Source: a virus. Taken from it: a stretch of 64,000 bases of DNA. The stretch lies in the IMG/VR virus record IMGVR_UViG_3300045988_151578. The stretch is one strand, 5' to 3'. Position 1 is the first letter of the stretch. The number at the start of each line of letters is the position of its first letter. A program made the translations under genes and the position numbers. Below the pieces are notes generated by a model that was not told the DNA's origin, made no database searches, and was given only the letters and a program-made list of their open reading frames with translations. Below are positions 19,124-28,870 of this stretch, piece by piece.

Positions 19124-20836
19124 TTATACTGTTTCAGTTATAGTACAAGAAAGATTATCTTCATAGAATAAAGCCACATTATAATTAGAAGCTTCATAAT
19201 CAGAGTTTATAGTTCCCAAGTAAATAGAGTATTTATACCCAATCCGTTGAGAATTACCATTAATATTGATATAGAACTCATTGTTATTCTTTAAATCTTG
19301 AATCAATACGTTATTACTCATATTTAACTTATCTGAAATGAACCCTCCACTTTCAGAATAAATATAATAAGTATTAGATGACAATATCTCTATGATGTAG
19401 TTCATTGGAGTATTAACTTTATTAAGATCAAAGTTAAGTATATCCAATGATGTACCATAGATTACTTTTGGCCATGGTGTTACATAGAATTCATTTATGT
19501 GTAGATAATCTACTGATTCTAGGTTATCTATGAGGGCATATAAATCTGATATACGTACACTATTACCCATCAAGGTACTTACGGGAGAATAAGCATTACC
19601 CAGGACTTCTACAATTTGATTACGTATAAAACTACTCTTATACCCCTTATTACCCGTAACAGATATATCCAGATTTATAAATACTACATTTACCGATTTT
19701 ACATCTAGCCAAGTAGTTAGTGGAGATCTTAATGATATATACTCCTTCACATTTTGACATAATCCCTCGGAAGCTATTGGGTAACCCTTATCCGAAGTAA
19801 CTGCACTTATGTAGATGTTAAGTTTTCTACCACATATATATTCTATATTAGCTTGATGTACTCCAGGGTACATCTCTGCTAAATCTTTGAAATCCTGCTT
19901 GGTTATAGCTACTTCTCGAGTATTTACACTTAGAGATATATGTCTCTTTAGAGTATCAAAATCCTCATAATCTGAACCACCGCTAGCAGGCAATGGGTTG
20001 TTTATTGTAAAATCTTTAAGTAAATCTTCTCCATCACTTTGGGTATTATTACTACTAGTAATATAACCAGAACCTATGTTACTCTTAATTCCATGAGTAA
20101 ATTTATAAGTTATGGTTACATCAGAACTATGGTCAGTTGGTACTTTACCAAATATGCCATCACCAAAAACAATAATAGGTATACTATCCTGGATAACCAC
20201 TTTAAAGTGATTATCCTTTGGACCAGAGTTAGCAAAGGAATTAACTAGAGACCATTTCTCTGAACCTATGGTCAATTCCATACTGCCTTCTACATAATAG
20301 GTATCACCGTTTAAATCTATGGAAATAATATTATTATCTGGTAATGAGCCCAAATTATCTGTTTGATACTCAAACTGAAATACCGATATCTTAGACATGG
20401 TTATACCCTGAGATATCTTATATTCCCTATCAGTATACCACATATATCCATAAGCAGTATCTATAAACTTACTACCAACCGGAATTATTATATCACTATC
20501 TGTAATACCCGTAAGTATCAGATCAGCTGAAGCTGCAGTTGCACCTCTTGGTGAATAATCCACTAATGCCGCATGTTTTAAAAGTGAAGTATACTTACGA
20601 GCTGTAAGCAAGAATGTTTCTCTACCAAGATTATCAATATAAAAGTGTAATACTTCAGCAATAGCTGAAAACATAGATATAATCAATACCAATATATTTC
20701 CTTCTGAAAAATCGGTTATCAGGGGTTTATCGGGATTATTGGGATCCTTTATTGTTTTTAACTTATCCAATAGCTTTTGCTTTATATCACTAAAGGATCT
20801 CTCTAATGGAGTTAGCCATTTATTACTTAGTGCCAT
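19124..20836 (-). CDS. Baseplate J-like protein (T4 gp6 / P2 gpJ family)
   Basis: The N-terminal region (ERSFSDIKQKLLDKL ... DFSEGNILVLIISMFSAIAEVLHFYIDNLGRETFLLTA) is typical of Baseplate_J. Position is between the gp25-like and gpI-like genes. Confidence 0.75.
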   Translation of the reverse strand: MALSNKWLTPLERSFSDIKQKLLDKLKTIKDPNNPDKPLITDFSEGNILVLIISMFSAIAEVLHFYIDNLGRETFLLTARKYTSLLKHAALVDYSPRGATAASADLILTGITDSDIIIPVGSKFIDTAYGYMWYTDREYKISQGITMSKISVFQFEYQTDNLGSLPDNNIISIDLNGDTYYVEGSMELTIGSEKWSLVNSFANSGPKDNHFKVVIQDSIPIIVFGDGIFGKVPTDHSSDVTITYKFTHGIKSNIGSGYITSSNNTQSDGEDLLKDFTINNPLPASGGSDYEDFDTLKRHISLSVNTREVAITKQDFKDLAEMYPGVHQANIEYICGRKLNIYISAVTSDKGYPIASEGLCQNVKEYISLRSPLTTWLDVKSVNVVFINLDISVTGNKGYKSSFIRNQIVEVLGNAYSPVSTLMGNSVRISDLYALIDNLESVDYLHINEFYVTPWPKVIYGTSLDILNFDLNKVNTPMNYIIEILSSNTYYIYSESGGFISDKLNMSNNVLIQDLKNNNEFYININGNSQRIGYKYSIYLGTINSDYEASNYNVALFYEDNLSCTITETV

Positions 20837-20848
20837 AGTATAATAAGT

Positions 20849-21271
20849 TTAATGATTATTTATATTGTCAAAATAAATCTCTAATGATTGTTGATCTGAA
20901 CTTTGATCTATAGTGTATTTAACATTTAAGAATATCTTATCCCCTTTAAGATATCCCTCTACATCATCGAATTTTATACGTGGTTCCCATTCCTCTATGG
21001 ATTCACGTATAAACTGATTTGTTATATATAATAACAGTGGTATCGAGGGTTCTTCCAATGTTTCCCATAACCTAGAACCATAATATTCTTGCCTAAATCT
21101 CTGATATAGCTGATGTTCAAATAGAGATCTTAAGTTATGTTTTATTAACTGTGGATCCCCAGAAACTGGATACCAACCACTTATATTAGGATTCTTAGGG
21201 TTTTTAGTTATAACTATTGGAAATAGAACACCCTTACCTATTAGAGTATCATTTATATTGTTGTCCATCAT
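20849..21271 (-). CDS. Baseplate wedge protein, GPW/gp25 family
   Basis: IGKGVLFPI ... LIKHNLRSLFEHQLYQRFRQEYYGSRLWETLEEP ... EWEPRI matches the gp25 signature. Confidence 0.75.
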   Translation of the reverse strand: MMDNNINDTLIGKGVLFPIVITKNPKNPNISGWYPVSGDPQLIKHNLRSLFEHQLYQRFRQEYYGSRLWETLEEPSIPLLLYITNQFIRESIEEWEPRIKFDDVEGYLKGDKIFLNVKYTIDQSSDQQSLEIYFDNINNH

Positions 21272-21936
21272 TGCTTTATTTTTGAGTTTTCATAATCAGA
21301 TTTATTAAATTTGGTAATAGGCTTACTAACTATTCTATTAGTAATTCCACTAATACCAGGACCAGTACTTACACCTGAGTGTGTATGAGTATTAAAGGTG
21401 TTTCTTAAAGTTTCTACTTCACTTACTAGATTATTAAGTTTATCGGTTAACTCTTGAATTTTTACTAAACCCTGGTTATTACCCTGATTGAATGTGATAG
21501 TATCTTCACAATCTATAGATATTGGACCTTTGGTATATATCCTAACTTCTCCTGTATCATCATTAATAAGGAATTTATGGCCATTCTTAGTTACTATACC
21601 AAATACATTTACATCCTTGAAATCCTCTGGTACATAATGGGGATCTAACCAACCTATATAATCCCATACTGGAGCTCCAACATCTCCTTGTTGAAATTCA
21701 GCTATTACTAGATCTCCCTTTTTAGGTATAGGTTTTCTTGAACCAAATCCCTTAGAACCATAATGGGATTTAGCATAAGCCCAAAAGGCATATCCCTCAT
21801 TTATCTGGTAATTTATCAACTGTAACCTACCTATGTTTTGGGGATCGTTATTATCTAGTACTTTACAAATATAAAAAGAATAATATCTACCAAAAGTTTC
21901 TAATCCTTCCTCTGAGAGTATACTAAATCCGCCCAT
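21268..21936 (-). CDS. Baseplate central spike (gpV / gp5 OB-fold, VgrG-like)
   Basis: YICKVLDNNDPQNIGRLQL ... PKKGDLVIAEFQQGDVGAPVWDYIGW is the Phage_base_V pattern. There is a 4-nt overlap with the gp25-like gene. Confidence 0.7.
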   Translation of the reverse strand: MGGFSILSEEGLETFGRYYSFYICKVLDNNDPQNIGRLQLINYQINEGYAFWAYAKSHYGSKGFGSRKPIPKKGDLVIAEFQQGDVGAPVWDYIGWLDPHYVPEDFKDVNVFGIVTKNGHKFLINDDTGEVRIYTKGPISIDCEDTITFNQGNNQGLVKIQELTDKLNNLVSEVETLRNTFNTHTHSGVSTGPGISGITNRIVSKPITKFNKSDYENSKIKQ

Positions 21937-21940
21937 ATTA

Positions 21941-23422
21941 TTACCTCTTTACTAAATTTAATATTGTTAAATAACCATTACTATCTATGCTATGTGTACA
22001 ATCTCGGATATACCATTTACCTGACCATTTCTTTCCCACATTATAGATATTAATATACTTGTAATTAGTAAGACCAGGTTTTCCTACAACAGTTAATTCA
22101 CAAGTTTGTTCTAGTTCTACTTGTTTCTTTAGAGCATTCTCTAAAGCTCCTAACCTATTGCTTAACCCAGAATATAATTGTTTTAATTCGTAATTCTCTT
22201 TTAATATCTGAAGATCTGGAGATGAATCAGCCGATCTCATCATAACTTCTCCAAGACTAACCTGACCCTGATTAGTTCCTTCGGTAGTATAAGCTTCTAC
22301 TCTCAATCGTTTTTCAGTATAAGATAATGGATATGATACGGGAGTTAAAGCTGAAGGACTAGTCATATTACCTGTACGAGTTCTTTTAGTAACAGATATA
22401 GGTTTAGAAGATATTAATACTTCTCCCGGGTATAAATAACTGTTAGGATCTAAAGGATCACCTCCAGATTTTACAGGTTTAGTCCTGACAACTTTAGAAG
22501 TCTTACCTCTATTAAAGGGTTTACCCTTTAACCTAGTTACATTATACTTAGAGTCGAATAACCTAGAGTATTTCTTTTTAAAAGCATCCATATCTCCACC
22601 CTCATAATATACCTTAGTATAATCTCTAAGAAATGATATAGCTTCATAGGGATGTTTTTTAGTATACTCTTCTACAATATCGTTTACTGCTCCCGGTGAC
22701 AAAGCATTTACATCTAGGCTGTTGGATACATTACCTTTACTTACGTCATCTCTAACTTTAAACTCTTTCTTTAAAGCTTTAACACGACTTTCATTATTCT
22801 TTTTACCAATATATTTTTCGGTTGGACCATTTGGAGATTTACTACCATATATAAGAGATACTCTGGTAGCATCTCTTGGAGCATAATCTTTAATCTTTAA
22901 TTCATACTTACTATTCGGAGATAAATCTTTAATCTGATTATCCAAATTTTCCATAAGACGATTGTAAGCTGAACTTACTTTATCATTATATGGATCATTG
23001 GTATTTATACGGTTTACTCTCATAACGGGACTACCTGAAGTACCTCCGGTATACTTAGTCTGTAAACTAAAAGAAGCCCTTATAAATTCTCCATTCTCAT
23101 CCTTATAAGTATAATCCGGTACTTTTGATGTATCCTCAAAATCTCTGTTATGTACATAGATTATACCCTGGATAGAATCTATGTACCATGGACCTCCAGG
23201 TACATTCTTAAATACGTTGTTTAACTGAGAATATACGTTATTACCTGATACTCCATTTGATGTATTTAGCATTGCTCTAAGATCATCTGGTAATTGATCT
23301 ATATCTGGAGTATCATCCAATCCATTACTAAACAGTATAGTTCCTAGAGTGTTATCAATTATAGGTTCAGAAGCTTGTACACTTTGGAATACTGGATGAT
23401 TAGCTAATTCGGGATTTAACAT
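21941..23422 (-). CDS. Baseplate hub protein (P2 gpD / Mu gp44-like)
   Basis: Position is immediately upstream of the spike gene. The C-terminus GKPGLTNYKYINIYNVGKKWSGKWYIRDCTHSIDSNGYLTILNL resembles the gpD C-terminal signature. Confidence 0.55.
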   Translation of the reverse strand: MLNPELANHPVFQSVQASEPIIDNTLGTILFSNGLDDTPDIDQLPDDLRAMLNTSNGVSGNNVYSQLNNVFKNVPGGPWYIDSIQGIIYVHNRDFEDTSKVPDYTYKDENGEFIRASFSLQTKYTGGTSGSPVMRVNRINTNDPYNDKVSSAYNRLMENLDNQIKDLSPNSKYELKIKDYAPRDATRVSLIYGSKSPNGPTEKYIGKKNNESRVKALKKEFKVRDDVSKGNVSNSLDVNALSPGAVNDIVEEYTKKHPYEAISFLRDYTKVYYEGGDMDAFKKKYSRLFDSKYNVTRLKGKPFNRGKTSKVVRTKPVKSGGDPLDPNSYLYPGEVLISSKPISVTKRTRTGNMTSPSALTPVSYPLSYTEKRLRVEAYTTEGTNQGQVSLGEVMMRSADSSPDLQILKENYELKQLYSGLSNRLGALENALKKQVELEQTCELTVVGKPGLTNYKYINIYNVGKKWSGKWYIRDCTHSIDSNGYLTILNLVKR

Positions 23423-23423
23423 A

Positions 23424-23975
23424 TCAAAACTTTTTAATAATTACACCTACATTATAACCACAACCATTCTTAAGCCACTTCAAAAAAGTATCCTTATCTG
23501 ATAATGGAGAGTATGGTTTCTTATATTTCATTAAGTCAGATTTATCTTTAGTAGTAACAGTAATAGTTACTCCATTGTTATCAAATACAGCATCTATCTG
23601 ACGTATTACAGTAGATATAATAGGACTAGTTAAAAATGAACCATCAGGAAATATATATCCATATTGAATAAGTATTTTAGCATTTTTCTGTAATCCCGAT
23701 ATATCTATGGTATCTGGATCATCACTCATAAATATTAATTTACCTTCATTCCCGGGATTAGTATTTTTTCTAAATCCTCCAGAACTTCTTGAGTTTGCCT
23801 CTTGAAAAGTATATCTGAAAGAATTCATGTACAGACCAAGAGGCAAATTAGTTAATGGGTTTAATATAGGTTGTGATGATTCATCGAATAAAGCTATATA
23901 GGGTGTACCAGTTCCTACATATAATGTGGGTTTTTCTGGTTTTTTAGATTTAACGTTAGCCATAATATCAAACAT
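23424..23975 (-). CDS. Tail/baseplate protein, unknown role
   Basis: ORF in track, packed between the LysM protein and hub genes. No motif recognised. Confidence 0.5.
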   Translation of the reverse strand: MFDIMANVKSKKPEKPTLYVGTGTPYIALFDESSQPILNPLTNLPLGLYMNSFRYTFQEANSRSSGGFRKNTNPGNEGKLIFMSDDPDTIDISGLQKNAKILIQYGYIFPDGSFLTSPIISTVIRQIDAVFDNNGVTITVTTKDKSDLMKYKKPYSPLSDKDTFLKWLKNGCGYNVGVIIKKF

Positions 23976-24252
23976 TAGGTATTTTTAATATCATCCCAGG
24001 TTGTAATTCATCAAAGGGATTTAGTATCTTATTTAAATCTGCTATATAGTACCATTTACCTGAATCACCATAGTAAAATGCAGCCAATCCTTGTAGGGTT
24101 TCTCCTTCCATAAGAGTATGTAATTTATAATTATTATCTTCATCCCAATTAATGGGAGCATACTCTTTCATAGTAATGTTACCCTCTGGAATTGATACTT
24201 GTATATAATCAGAAAATGGACTGTCTATAAAGTTATCTGAATTTAGTATCAT
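23968..24252 (-). CDS. LysM-domain tail protein (P2 gpX-like)
   Basis: HTLMEGETLQGLAAFYYGDSGKWYYIADLNKILNPFDELQPGMILKIP is a LysM motif. The size and position match tail protein X. Confidence 0.7.
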   Translation of the reverse strand: MILNSDNFIDSPFSDYIQVSIPEGNITMKEYAPINWDEDNNYKLHTLMEGETLQGLAAFYYGDSGKWYYIADLNKILNPFDELQPGMILKIPNV

Positions 24253-24253
24253 A

Positions 24254-25252
24254 TCATTGTATGTTTTGGTTATTTAATTTCAATCTACTTACACCATCAG
24301 AGGATATAATTTGTTCATAGGTAGTATTAACGTTATTAACTCGTTTAAATACTAAAGATTGTACGGCTGTCATAGGATATATATTATCTCCAATAAGCAT
24401 ATTACCCTGGTGATTACTCTTTATATTTACTGACATATCCTTTAAAGTATATGAAGCGGAATATAGGATAAACTTATATCCCTTAAATATATCCTTATCT
24501 GAGTTATTACCAAATAACAATTCCAATATTGGAGGACTAGATAAATAACCATTTGACTTACTCCAAGATTCCAATAACCTGCATTTTAATAACACTTCAT
24601 CTCTATTATTTGGATCATTGCAGTACCATGATACATCAAATGATATGGTATCTTCAGAACCAGTATATTGATAGAATGGGTTATTCCTTCCCATGGATTT
24701 TACTACTGCCCAAGATGTATCTGGTTGTACCTCTAATTGGCTTGGTCTATTCTGTATTTTTAATACCTGATAAGGTGATACTGTACGATTTATAATATAA
24801 ACTCCTACATCTTTTCTATTATTAAGCTTATATGATTGCCACAATGGTACTTTACTGTGATCATAATTATCCTTGCTTACATCCACATATCTATAATCGT
24901 CCAACCTATTTAAAGGTCTATACATAGAATGATAGGCTCCAGCTATAGTCATGTGTGACCTATCAGCTCCTAATCTATTAGCCTCATTTATTAAGGTAAA
25001 CTCAGTACTTATAGGAGATAGATATGACCTAGTAGAAGATCCAACAATAGCAAGGTGTGGTATTCTATTAGGATTTACTATATCATCTATTGATGGTTCG
25101 GCTTTTGGTTTTAAACCATTCCTTACAAACCTATCTCTAATAATCTTAGCTCTCCATTCAGTAAGATCTCTATTAGACTGTATAGCCGATATACCTAAAG
25201 ATACTAAAGAGTTAGTTCCTCTTCTAGTTATCTGACCTATTATTGTTGCCAT
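24254..25252 (-). CDS. Tail protein distal to the tape measure (tube-initiator/DNA-circulation-like position)
   Basis: Called by position only, directly after the TMP gene. Beta-rich with no firm motif. Confidence 0.45.
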   Translation of the reverse strand: MATIIGQITRRGTNSLVSLGISAIQSNRDLTEWRAKIIRDRFVRNGLKPKAEPSIDDIVNPNRIPHLAIVGSSTRSYLSPISTEFTLINEANRLGADRSHMTIAGAYHSMYRPLNRLDDYRYVDVSKDNYDHSKVPLWQSYKLNNRKDVGVYIINRTVSPYQVLKIQNRPSQLEVQPDTSWAVVKSMGRNNPFYQYTGSEDTISFDVSWYCNDPNNRDEVLLKCRLLESWSKSNGYLSSPPILELLFGNNSDKDIFKGYKFILYSASYTLKDMSVNIKSNHQGNMLIGDNIYPMTAVQSLVFKRVNNVNTTYEQIISSDGVSRLKLNNQNIQ

Positions 25253-25263
25253 AGTATTAAGTT

Positions 25264-27309
25264 TTAATATAAGATACCAATTTGATTCAAATCATAGGTA
25301 GATCCATCGGTAATAGTACCAACATCTCTACCATTTATAGTTAAAGCTACACGAGTTACTCTATCTGTCATACCCTTAGCTGCAGCTACAACAGCTTCAT
25401 CGCTTAAATGATTAGGTATGAAATAAGGATTATAATTGTTTTTAAAGGGGTCTATTACTATGTAATCTCTCATATCTCTGGTTACAGATAGATCTCTATT
25501 AACAGCGGTATTACCTGATATACTAGATAATAGATCTATGATTTCTGGCATAAATGTAACTATGGTGGCTATTCCCCAACCCCAACCAGGTAAGAATCTA
25601 CCAAGTATAGCTCCTATACCGGTAATTTTACCAAGTAATGAACCACCAAGTTTAGTTGCTGCCTTAGTAGTAGCAGCAACTGCTGCACCCTTACCTACAG
25701 CTGTAGCTGCTTTAGTTGCAGCTGTAGCTCCAGCTGTAGAAGTAGTACCAGTCATGGCTTTACCAAGTATTAATGCCGATAGTGTGTTATCTAACCCAGA
25801 CATAATGGATTTACCATTTTTACCTTTTCTCTGAACATATAGAGCACCAGTAGCAGGATTAATTCCCATTTTAGTTATTAAACCTGAATTAAGTCCAACA
25901 AGTATACCCATTAATCTAGTTATATTACTTAACTTAGCTTCTGTAGAAGTTAAAGCAGCATTTACAGAGGTTACTCCTGCTTTTAATGCAGTAGTACCAC
26001 CAGCAGCAGTTTTGAACCCAAGACTTATCATCTTTACGTTCATCACTACCATCTTTATGCCATTTACTACTAATCCTAAAGCTGATACTATACCTAAAAA
26101 TTCTACGGTCTTTTTACCTACTGGAGTTTGTATAAAGTCCTGTACAGTATCTACTATTTTAGTTAACCCTTGTACTAAAGGGGTAAATACCGTAAGTACT
26201 TCTCCAAGACTAACTTTAAAGTTCTCTATACTAGACTCTAACATGGATAATCTACCCTTAGGAGTTTCATTAAATTCACTTACGGTAGTATCTACTATAC
26301 CCGAGTTTTTATCATAAGTACCCATTATTCTAGCATAAGCATTGCTATTAGCCATATCCCTTAACATGGTAGCTACTGATCTAGAACCTCGAACTTGGAA
26401 TATCTCATCCCATAATATTATCTTATCCTTATCGGTTACACCTTCAAAAGCTTTATTAAGAGTTTGGAATATGGTTTGTAAATCTTTAAGTCTACCCTGA
26501 GCATCGAAGAAGTCTTTTTGGTCAAGTCCTAAAGCTCTTAAACCCATATAACCTTTTTTCCTAGCTTCTGAAGCAGATAGTGACAGATATCTTATCATAT
26601 TACCTAAAGCAACACCAGCCATTGAACCCTGCATACCAGAGTTACCCATAACACCAATAGCTGCAGCCATCTCTCTAAGAGATATACCAGCATTTGCAGC
26701 ATCTCCAGCTGCATACTTAATGGATTCAGCCAAATCCGGCAATGACATATTAGCATTGGTTACAGCTGTATAAATATCATCTCCAACTTGTTTTACCTGA
26801 TTCATAGGTATAGAGAAGGTAGACATGATATTAGTCATCAAGTCTGCTACTCCACCTTTACCTCCTACTGGTGTACCAAGTATAGTACCCAATTTAGCAA
26901 TGGTAGGGATCATAGCTTTTATGGCTTCTGTTTTATTACCAGCCATCGCTAAGAATCTTTCTGCGGATGCAATATCAGCTGAAGTTAAAGGTGTTATCTC
27001 ATTGACATCTTTAGCTAACTGTAATAATTCTCTTTGTTGATTATTAGTGGCTCCAGCTATTTTAGAAGCCATCCATACTTCATTCTGTACTCCAGCTGAA
27101 TACTTATAAGCATCAGCCATACCTCCAACAACAGATAAAGCAGCGGATGTAAGAATTCCGCTGCTAGAGTTTATGGCTTGTTTATAAGTATTAACTTCAC
27201 TCATCAATTGACGGAAGTCTCTAGATATAATACCAGCTTGAGTAGAAAATCTATTTTGTAGAGTAATGGCTACACCAATATCTACTAAACTTGATCCAGG
27301 ATTAAACAT
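25264..27309 (-). CDS. Tail tape measure protein
   Basis: 681 aa, between the chaperone pair and the baseplate genes. It has a helical N-half and Ala/Gly/Thr-rich hydrophobic C-terminal segments (AATKAATAVGKGAAVAATTKAATKLGG). Confidence 0.8.
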   Translation of the reverse strand: MFNPGSSLVDIGVAITLQNRFSTQAGIISRDFRQLMSEVNTYKQAINSSSGILTSAALSVVGGMADAYKYSAGVQNEVWMASKIAGATNNQQRELLQLAKDVNEITPLTSADIASAERFLAMAGNKTEAIKAMIPTIAKLGTILGTPVGGKGGVADLMTNIMSTFSIPMNQVKQVGDDIYTAVTNANMSLPDLAESIKYAAGDAANAGISLREMAAAIGVMGNSGMQGSMAGVALGNMIRYLSLSASEARKKGYMGLRALGLDQKDFFDAQGRLKDLQTIFQTLNKAFEGVTDKDKIILWDEIFQVRGSRSVATMLRDMANSNAYARIMGTYDKNSGIVDTTVSEFNETPKGRLSMLESSIENFKVSLGEVLTVFTPLVQGLTKIVDTVQDFIQTPVGKKTVEFLGIVSALGLVVNGIKMVVMNVKMISLGFKTAAGGTTALKAGVTSVNAALTSTEAKLSNITRLMGILVGLNSGLITKMGINPATGALYVQRKGKNGKSIMSGLDNTLSALILGKAMTGTTSTAGATAATKAATAVGKGAAVAATTKAATKLGGSLLGKITGIGAILGRFLPGWGWGIATIVTFMPEIIDLLSSISGNTAVNRDLSVTRDMRDYIVIDPFKNNYNPYFIPNHLSDEAVVAAAKGMTDRVTRVALTINGRDVGTITDGSTYDLNQIGILY

Positions 27310-27496
27310 GATTATTAGAGGTATTAAATTTTTTCTTTAAATCTTTTAGAGCTCCGATATAGGCCTCTGCTTCATCCAAAAAGTACTTCCTTACTCTGTA
27401 AGGAAGTACTAAAAAGGTGAGATAATCTAATTTTATCTCACCCCTTACTAGTGTTATATATTGAGCTGAAGGATTTAATCGGATAGGCAAAAAAAA
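27302..27496 (-). CDS. -1 frame extension of the tail assembly chaperone (gpGT / E+E' analogue)
   Basis: The -1 frame is open from the T8 run to the stop at 27302 (..FFLPIRLNPSAQYITLVRGE...). The track ORF 27302..27490 begins at a TTG inside the slippery run. Confidence 0.6.
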   Translation of the reverse strand, partial: FFLPIRLNPSAQYITLVRGEIKLDYLTFLVLPYRVRKYFLDEAEAYIGALKDLKKKFNTSNNHV

Positions 27497-28257
27497 CTAG
27501 GAACACCCATGATTCCAACTATGCCCTTTTCTGATGGGTTATTGGGATTCTCTACTTCTATATTTGAAGTAAATACCGGATCTATAGCCGATACAAAATC
27601 TCTTATCTCTTTCATATCTTTTACTGAGAAACATGAGAAATTGGTTACCCTCTCATATTTACCATTTACGTTTAACTTAAGGTTCTTGGCTATAAGTTCG
27701 GCATTACGAGTTCTCTTAGATTCAGGCAGATTTATAATATACCTTTCACTTTCACCATTAAGTAAGTCTATGGTTAAGAGTTTACCGGAAGAAAGGGAGA
27801 ACTCTATATCCTTAGTTTTTATATGGCCTTCACTATCGTAACCTTCGGGATAATGTGGTAAAGCAAATGGCTTACTATTTAGTTCTTCATCAGAAGGATA
27901 TTTACTATAATCTTCAAATATTAACTCATTGAGATCCTGTTCAAAGGTATAACTTGTACCATCATTGAAGGTATAATCGAATTCTACGGTATCACCCATA
28001 GAAAACATCCTATTTTTAATAAGGATATAGTTTCTATCCAAAGCAGGGATAGATCTTGATTGTTCTACGGTTAATTTACCAGATTCAGTAAAGTCTGTTG
28101 ATACTACTATAGCAGCTATAAATTTAGCCAAATTAGTTAAATCCTTACTGTCTACCGGGTTAGATAAAATGTCTTCATCGGCACCATTTTGTTCCCTTAT
28201 GGTATACTTATAACCAGAAGGAGCTACTAAATCTAAAGTTCTAAGTTGAATGTCCAT
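27475..28257 (-). CDS. Tail assembly chaperone (zero-frame product)
   Basis: Position between the tube and tape-measure genes. It is acidic and ends just after the slippery U8 run. Confidence 0.6.
   Translation of the reverse strand: MDIQLRTLDLVAPSGYKYTIREQNGADEDILSNPVDSKDLTNLAKFIAAIVVSTDFTESGKLTVEQSRSIPALDRNYILIKNRMFSMGDTVEFDYTFNDGTSYTFEQDLNELIFEDYSKYPSDEELNSKPFALPHYPEGYDSEGHIKTKDIEFSLSSGKLLTIDLLNGESERYIINLPESKRTRNAELIAKNLKLNVNGKYERVTNFSCFSVKDMKEIRDFVSAIDPVFTSNIEVENPNNPSEKGIVGIMGVPSFFCLSD
27489..27496 (-). other. Slippery sequence for programmed -1 ribosomal frameshift
   Basis: A8 on the plus strand equals U8 in the mRNA. The zero frame reads AGU UUU UUU UGC, four codons before the chaperone stop. 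Confidence 0.6.
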
Positions 28258-28304
28258 TGTTTTTAAAGTTTTAAGTGAATGAATATTTGTATTGTATAAT
28301 AGTC

Positions 28305-28376
28305 TAAGGATTTACATAGAAAAGAGGTGAAACCAAAGTAAATTATGGTCCCACCTCCCATCCACCTAAATCCTTA
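28305..28376 (-). promoter_or_regulatory. Nested stem structure in the tube-chaperone intergenic region (attenuator/terminator candidate)
   Basis: The outer 10-bp stem TAAGGATTTA (28305-28314) / TAAATCCTTA (28367-28376) encloses the inner stem GAGGTG (28324-28329) / CACCTC (28352-28357). Confidence 0.4.
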
Positions 28377-28393
28377 ATAAAAACAATTAAGTA

Positions 28394-28858
28394 TTAGTAT
28401 CGGTCTGCTGTTCCTACAGAAAATTCTATATTCTCTATAGTATTCTCTGAAGCAGTTCTATCGAAGTCCATACCGGTTATCTTAGTAGGCCATACCTCTT
28501 CATAGTGATGAGTATTTAATATGGTTACTCCATCTTCGGCAAGATCATTTACCTCTACTACTTCCCAATAATCTTCTGGAACTAGTCCTCCACCAAGTAT
28601 CATATCTTGGCAAGAATTTAACCAATCCCATACCCAAGTATCTGAACCTGCTGTAGTAAGAAGTTTTTCTATTACTAAGTTACCTACTGTAACTCTACCA
28701 GCAGTTTTTACATCTCGATTTATATCTCCATGAGTTACCTGGTCTATCTCTATATCAGGTAGAGTAACCTTCTGACACAGGTACGGATTTATAGGGTGTT
28801 TTGGGAAAGAAACACTAAATAGGAATTTCTTTCTCGGGTTTTTTACTTTTGCTCCCAT
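28394..28858 (-). CDS. Tail tube protein (T4 gp19-like)
   Basis: 154 aa directly downstream of the sheath gene. The N-terminal KKFLFSVSFP pattern and size are typical of contractile-tail tube proteins. Confidence 0.7.
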   Translation of the reverse strand: MGAKVKNPRKKFLFSVSFPKHPINPYLCQKVTLPDIEIDQVTHGDINRDVKTAGRVTVGNLVIEKLLTTAGSDTWVWDWLNSCQDMILGGGLVPEDYWEVVEVNDLAEDGVTILNTHHYEEVWPTKITGMDFDRTASENTIENIEFSVGTADRY

Positions 28859-28870
28859 ATATAAAACATT

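Noticed and set aside
13478-20248. Plus-strand ORFs 13478..13699, 17074..17304 and 20039..20248
   Set aside because: Each lies wholly inside a large minus-strand tail or baseplate gene with recognisable domains.
24553-27841. Plus-strand ORFs 24553..24795, 24951..25235, 25538..25834, 26012..26317, 26825..27040 and 27509..27841
   Set aside because: They are antisense to the tail protein, tape measure and chaperone genes. The Ala/Pro/Val-rich translations mirror the GC-richer TMP codons.
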